DNA of 64,000 bases from the human T2T-CHM13v2.0 reference genome, Homo sapiens: assembly GCF_009914755.1 (NCBI RefSeq), contig NC_060925.1; one strand, given 5' to 3'. The notes below the pieces were generated by a model. That model ran no database searches, was not told the DNA's origin, and was given only the letters and a program-made list of their open reading frames with translations. The position numbers were made by a program, and so were the translations under genes. This document shows positions 60,043 through 64,000 of the stretch, in pieces (position 1 is the stretch's first letter; the number at the start of each line of letters is the position of its first letter).

Positions 60043-61367
60043 GTTCTTTTTTTTTTTTTTTTTTTTTCCCAGAAGTCTTTGAATCCAACTTTAAAAGCCA
60101 AGTGAAAACCTCAGAAAACAAATGAAGCCTGAGATGAGACTCATGGAACTTGATTCCTTACCCGACCTATTTAGAAGACATTCCTTAACCTATGCACAGT
60201 CACTTAATTCTGCCCATGAAAAGCAATGTTGCATTTCCTCACAGCTGAAAATACTTTTAAAAGAAAGTAACTATAATAAATTCTGAAAGTGGAAACTTAA
60301 TTTATAAAAGCAATAAAGCTTGAGACCTAACTTTGTGGGAAAACAATGCAGGTATCTTTTTTCACATTAAAAATGTTACTAATGAACTTTAGTCTGATTA
60401 CAAAGCTATCTGAAGGAAATAGCATGCCAAGTGCAATTATGAATATAGGTAAGTTGGATACCAGAATCTGTTTTAATTAAGTAAAATTATGAAAGTGGGA
60501 TAAAAGGACAAAAGCTCTGAAAAACAAATGGTTGATTCCAGAAATTTTTATTCAGATAATGAATAAGACAGCTAATTATTTGGATCATTTAGTTATTGAT
60601 TAAAATGGTAAAAGTAATAAAAATTATCTGTAAAGTAATGCATATAAATGTAGCCAATTAGAAAAAAAAAGAGCAAAGTTGCTGGAAGAAATAATGGCAT
60701 CAAAAAAATTAAAATATCACCATTTCCTTCAGCTAAAGATTATGCAATGGTAGAAAAACGTACTATAACAGAGAAATGAGTTTCATATCAATATTTTACT
60801 TCCTTTTTTAATCTCCTCTGCCATCTCCTCCTCCTTATCAGATAATCCAAAGTGATGTCATGCAGGGGTGACAGTTTGTACATATGGATGAATAACATCA
60901 ATGTATCCACCTTATATAAAATAATCTATTATCAGGGAGCTCAATTTAGCTTTATTGGGGTCTTTAGAAATTTACTATTAATATGTGCATGTTTATTTTC
61001 ACTTACTTCAAATGAAAATTGCTTTTTCAAACTATTGAGATGCCAAAATATACCAGATATAGACCAGAAATGTGTAGCAATTTGCTACCTATTGTCATAC
61101 TCTAGCTAACTTTAAATTTCTAACAACCCCTGTGAGGTCTACAATGGCAATGCGCAATGGGGAATGCAAAATGGCTTAAATGGCATTTGGCATTGAACTG
61201 GTATCTTTCTGAGGACAACAGTTTATAGGGGGAAGAACAGTTTCAAGGACATTAAGAGGCAGCAGAGAGTTGCAAATTCAGAAGTTTTATCAACATTGAT
61301 TCTGAGATTCCACATTCTATCTTTAATTGATGATTATATTGTCCAAAACTTTTCACTTTATGCAAGC

Positions 61368-61481
61368 TCAGAGAGAAAAAGAGAGAAGAAAGTGAGTAAG
61401 GGAGGGAAGAAGGCAGAGAGGAAGGAAGGGAGGAAGGAAAATAAAAAGAGAGAGAAGAAAGAGAGAGAGAGAAGAAAAGAA
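61368..61481. repeat. purine-rich GA/GGAA low-complexity tract
   Basis: Almost pure A/G over about 110 nt. Confidence 0.85.
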
Positions 61482-61989
61482 TCTGCCCTTAATTTTGCTA
61501 CCTTCCTAAGTGCGACCTTATTGCAATTTGCTCCCCTTCCTTTTGAGTTCATGCCTCATGAAAGAGTATTACACACGTATGTTCCTTACTTTCAACTCCC
61601 AACCCCTTCCTTAGCTCACCGTACTTGTCTTCTTCCGGCAGAAGTCTACTGAATCTGTTCTCTCAAAGGTCACCAATGACTTCCTAGTAGAAAAGTTCTA
61701 CCACTTCCCCACTCTCTCCCAGTCTTCTCTGCTTAAGCTCCGGTGAATCTCCCTTCCTGGAGCCCTCTATGTGGCTGCTGTCACGCTCTGTCTACTCTGC
61801 TATCTTTCTCTCCGGCTCCTGACCTAGTTTTCCCTACCTTCTGACTCCTGCTCTCTATGGTTAAAAGTCTCTTAAAAATCTATCTCTGCTGTAGCTTCCC
61901 CTTTCCTTTGTTTCTCTCTATATTCTTTCTTCCTTGGCAAGCTCATCTAATTTAAAAGGTCTGCTTACCAAATGTGTACCTCAGTCATC

Positions 61990-64000
61990 ATTTATTCAAT
62001 GTAGGAGAACAAAACCCACTAGTCAAGGTGCCAGCTCTGTCTATAGGAAGTCAGTAGTCTATTTAATAGGTGAAACTGGCAAATCAACAGACACTTAACT
62101 ACACAGTCTAATAATTTCAACAGGGAAAAAATGCAGTGTGTTCTGGAAAAACATTAAAGGAAGATCCAATCTAATCTTGGGAGCTCAGGGAGATTTCCTG
62201 GAGGAGTTGATATTTAATTCAAGTTCTAAGTAAAAAGACAGGAGTATGAAGCAAGAGAAGGTTCCAAGCAAAGAAAGCAGCATATGCAAATTATTGTGAT
62301 TAGGGATATAATGTCATTTGAGAAACCACTATCAGTTGGGTGGCTTGAAGACACAGCATGGGTTGAAAAGTGATCTGAGCAGATGCAATGATATAAATAT
62401 GGCTATATCAAAAAGGGTTTTAAATATAAGCTAAAACGCTTGTTTGAACATTATCCTGAGGAAAATGGGGGGATCTATTAGTTATTGAACTTCAGAAGAG
62501 ACATGATTAGATCTGAGTTTTGGAAAGATCATTATAGATGCAGTGAAATGAATTGACTGGTGTGGGAAAAGAGGAAAAGGAATATGAGGTAGAAAACAGT
62601 GGCAGTTCCTAGTGAGATGTGTTGATGGTTGGAATGAGGAGTGAGATAGTGGGAGTAGAGAGAGGTGGACAGATCTGATATTTAGGAGGCAAAGTCTGCA
62701 CAGATTTGGGGATAGAAGAATTTCGTCCATTTAGATTTGTTCAGTCTATGAGATGCCCATGAAACGTCCAAGTAGAGATCTATAGCAGACAAGACAGTTG
62801 GCCAGGAGCTCAGAAGAGAGTCCAGAGGTATATTTGTAGTGGTTATCATACCAACAATGGGCAAAATAAGGAAGTGCATAAACTGTGAAGAGCCAAGAAA
62901 TAAGAAATCTCATGCCTGGGTCTCCAAAACCCTGAAAGTTAAGAGGCAAATAGAGAAATCTGTGAAAGGTACTAAGATGGAGGGTGATGAAGTTATGGCA
63001 CAACAAAGAAGAGAGTAATGGAAGCTAAAAAGGAGTGAAAAATGCTGCAGTGAGGCCAAATTGAGGACTGAGAAGTAATCATTGAATTTTGCAACAAGAA
63101 AAATATCAGTGATCACAGCAAATAAGGTTTCAGTGTATAAGTGGGGGATACACACCAGATTCCAGTGAACTGAGAAATAAACTTGAGAGAGAGGAATTAA
63201 GAGACAGTAAATGCAGCTGAGTTTGTGAAAATAGGAGAGACATAGGAGAATAGCTAGCGTGGACCATGAATCAATGTAAGAGTGTATTATGATGGGAGAG
63301 AACTGTGGTGAGTAAGCCTATACAGATATGGCTGGTTAAGATATAAAAGTGAAATATAAGAATGAAATGTTGGGCATGGTGGCCCACGCCTGTAATCCCA
63401 GCACTTTGGGAGGCCGAAGCGGGTGGATCACTTGAAGCCAGGAGTTTGGGGCTGCAGTGAGCTGTGATTGTGCCACTGTACTTCAGCCTAGGTTATAGAG
63501 TGAGACCCTGTCTCAAAATGAAAATAAAAATAAAAAGGGATGAAACAACACTGAGGTGGTGAGAGAGGATGGGGTAAGAAGCACAGGGAAGCTCAACACA
63601 GACAGCAAGAGAAGCAAGAATGGGTGCACACAGAGTCAAAGTGTATTTGTAAAGCAGAGCGAGTTAAAACATTAGAGACATTTCCTCCTTGCTTTCTATT
63701 TACCCTGAAAGATTATGGTCTGATATTGAGAATGACTGAGAATGTAGCATGCCAGTAGAGGAAGTGGAGAAAGCTTTGAATAATCATCCCACTAAATAGG
63801 AGATCGATCCGATTACAGAAAGGATTGCCAGGAAGTCAGGAAGGCCTGATTGAGGTTGGGAACCATGACATCTTGGTAGCAATAATTTATAGGATTGAGT
63901 GACTTTTCAACAGCGACGTGCAGAATTTCAGATAGACACGGGAATACAACAAGATTGATCCAGGATCAGAAACTCTCTTGGTGGATGCACTGGGAAACCA
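61990..64000 (-). mobile_element. fragmented L2 (interrupted by an Alu monomer)
   Basis: gatctgagttttggaaagatcatt, gaaacgtccaagtagagat..gacagttgg, tcattgaattttgcaacaaga are reverse L2 RT/3' motifs. Confidence 0.7.
63371..63536 (+). mobile_element. monomeric Alu (FRAM/FAM-like or internally recombined)
   Basis: Left-arm 5' portion joined to a right-arm 3' portion (ggagttt..ggctgcagtgagc), with an A-rich tail. Confidence 0.85.

Overview
This is primate (most likely human) genomic DNA, with no prokaryotic or CRISPR content. The window lies inside RGS7 (minus strand) and holds two short coding exons of the DEP/DHEX region: 36107-36213 (107 nt) and 30217-30268 (52 nt). Both have canonical AG/GT ends and splice together in frame. 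Everything else is intron, dominated by transposable elements: about 20 Alus, two ~8-9 kb ancient L1M elements, an L1PA 5'UTR, solo LTRs (MST, MLT1, MLT2, LTR10-like, LTR47-like), DNA transposon relics, MIR and L2. An HNRNPA1 processed pseudogene is nested in one of the L1s. Almost all ORFs in the supplied track are repeat-derived or random. The most interesting signals are atypical retrotransposition products and a few regulatory candidates. (1) A tandem AluY pair sits inside one apparent TSD and is joined exactly at a Pol III T-run. (2) A tailless retrocopy corresponds to the tRNA-Ile(TAT) 5' exon. (3) An mRNA-3'-end-like segment is fused to a truncated L1. (4) An LTR10-like element with a near-perfect p53 site lies 87 nt from an RGS7 exon. 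(5) The two exons form a 159-nt phase-symmetric pair flanked by inverted Alus, which would give a stop-free circle. Repeat subfamily names are from recall of consensus sequences, not from a search, and boundaries of old repeats are approximate.
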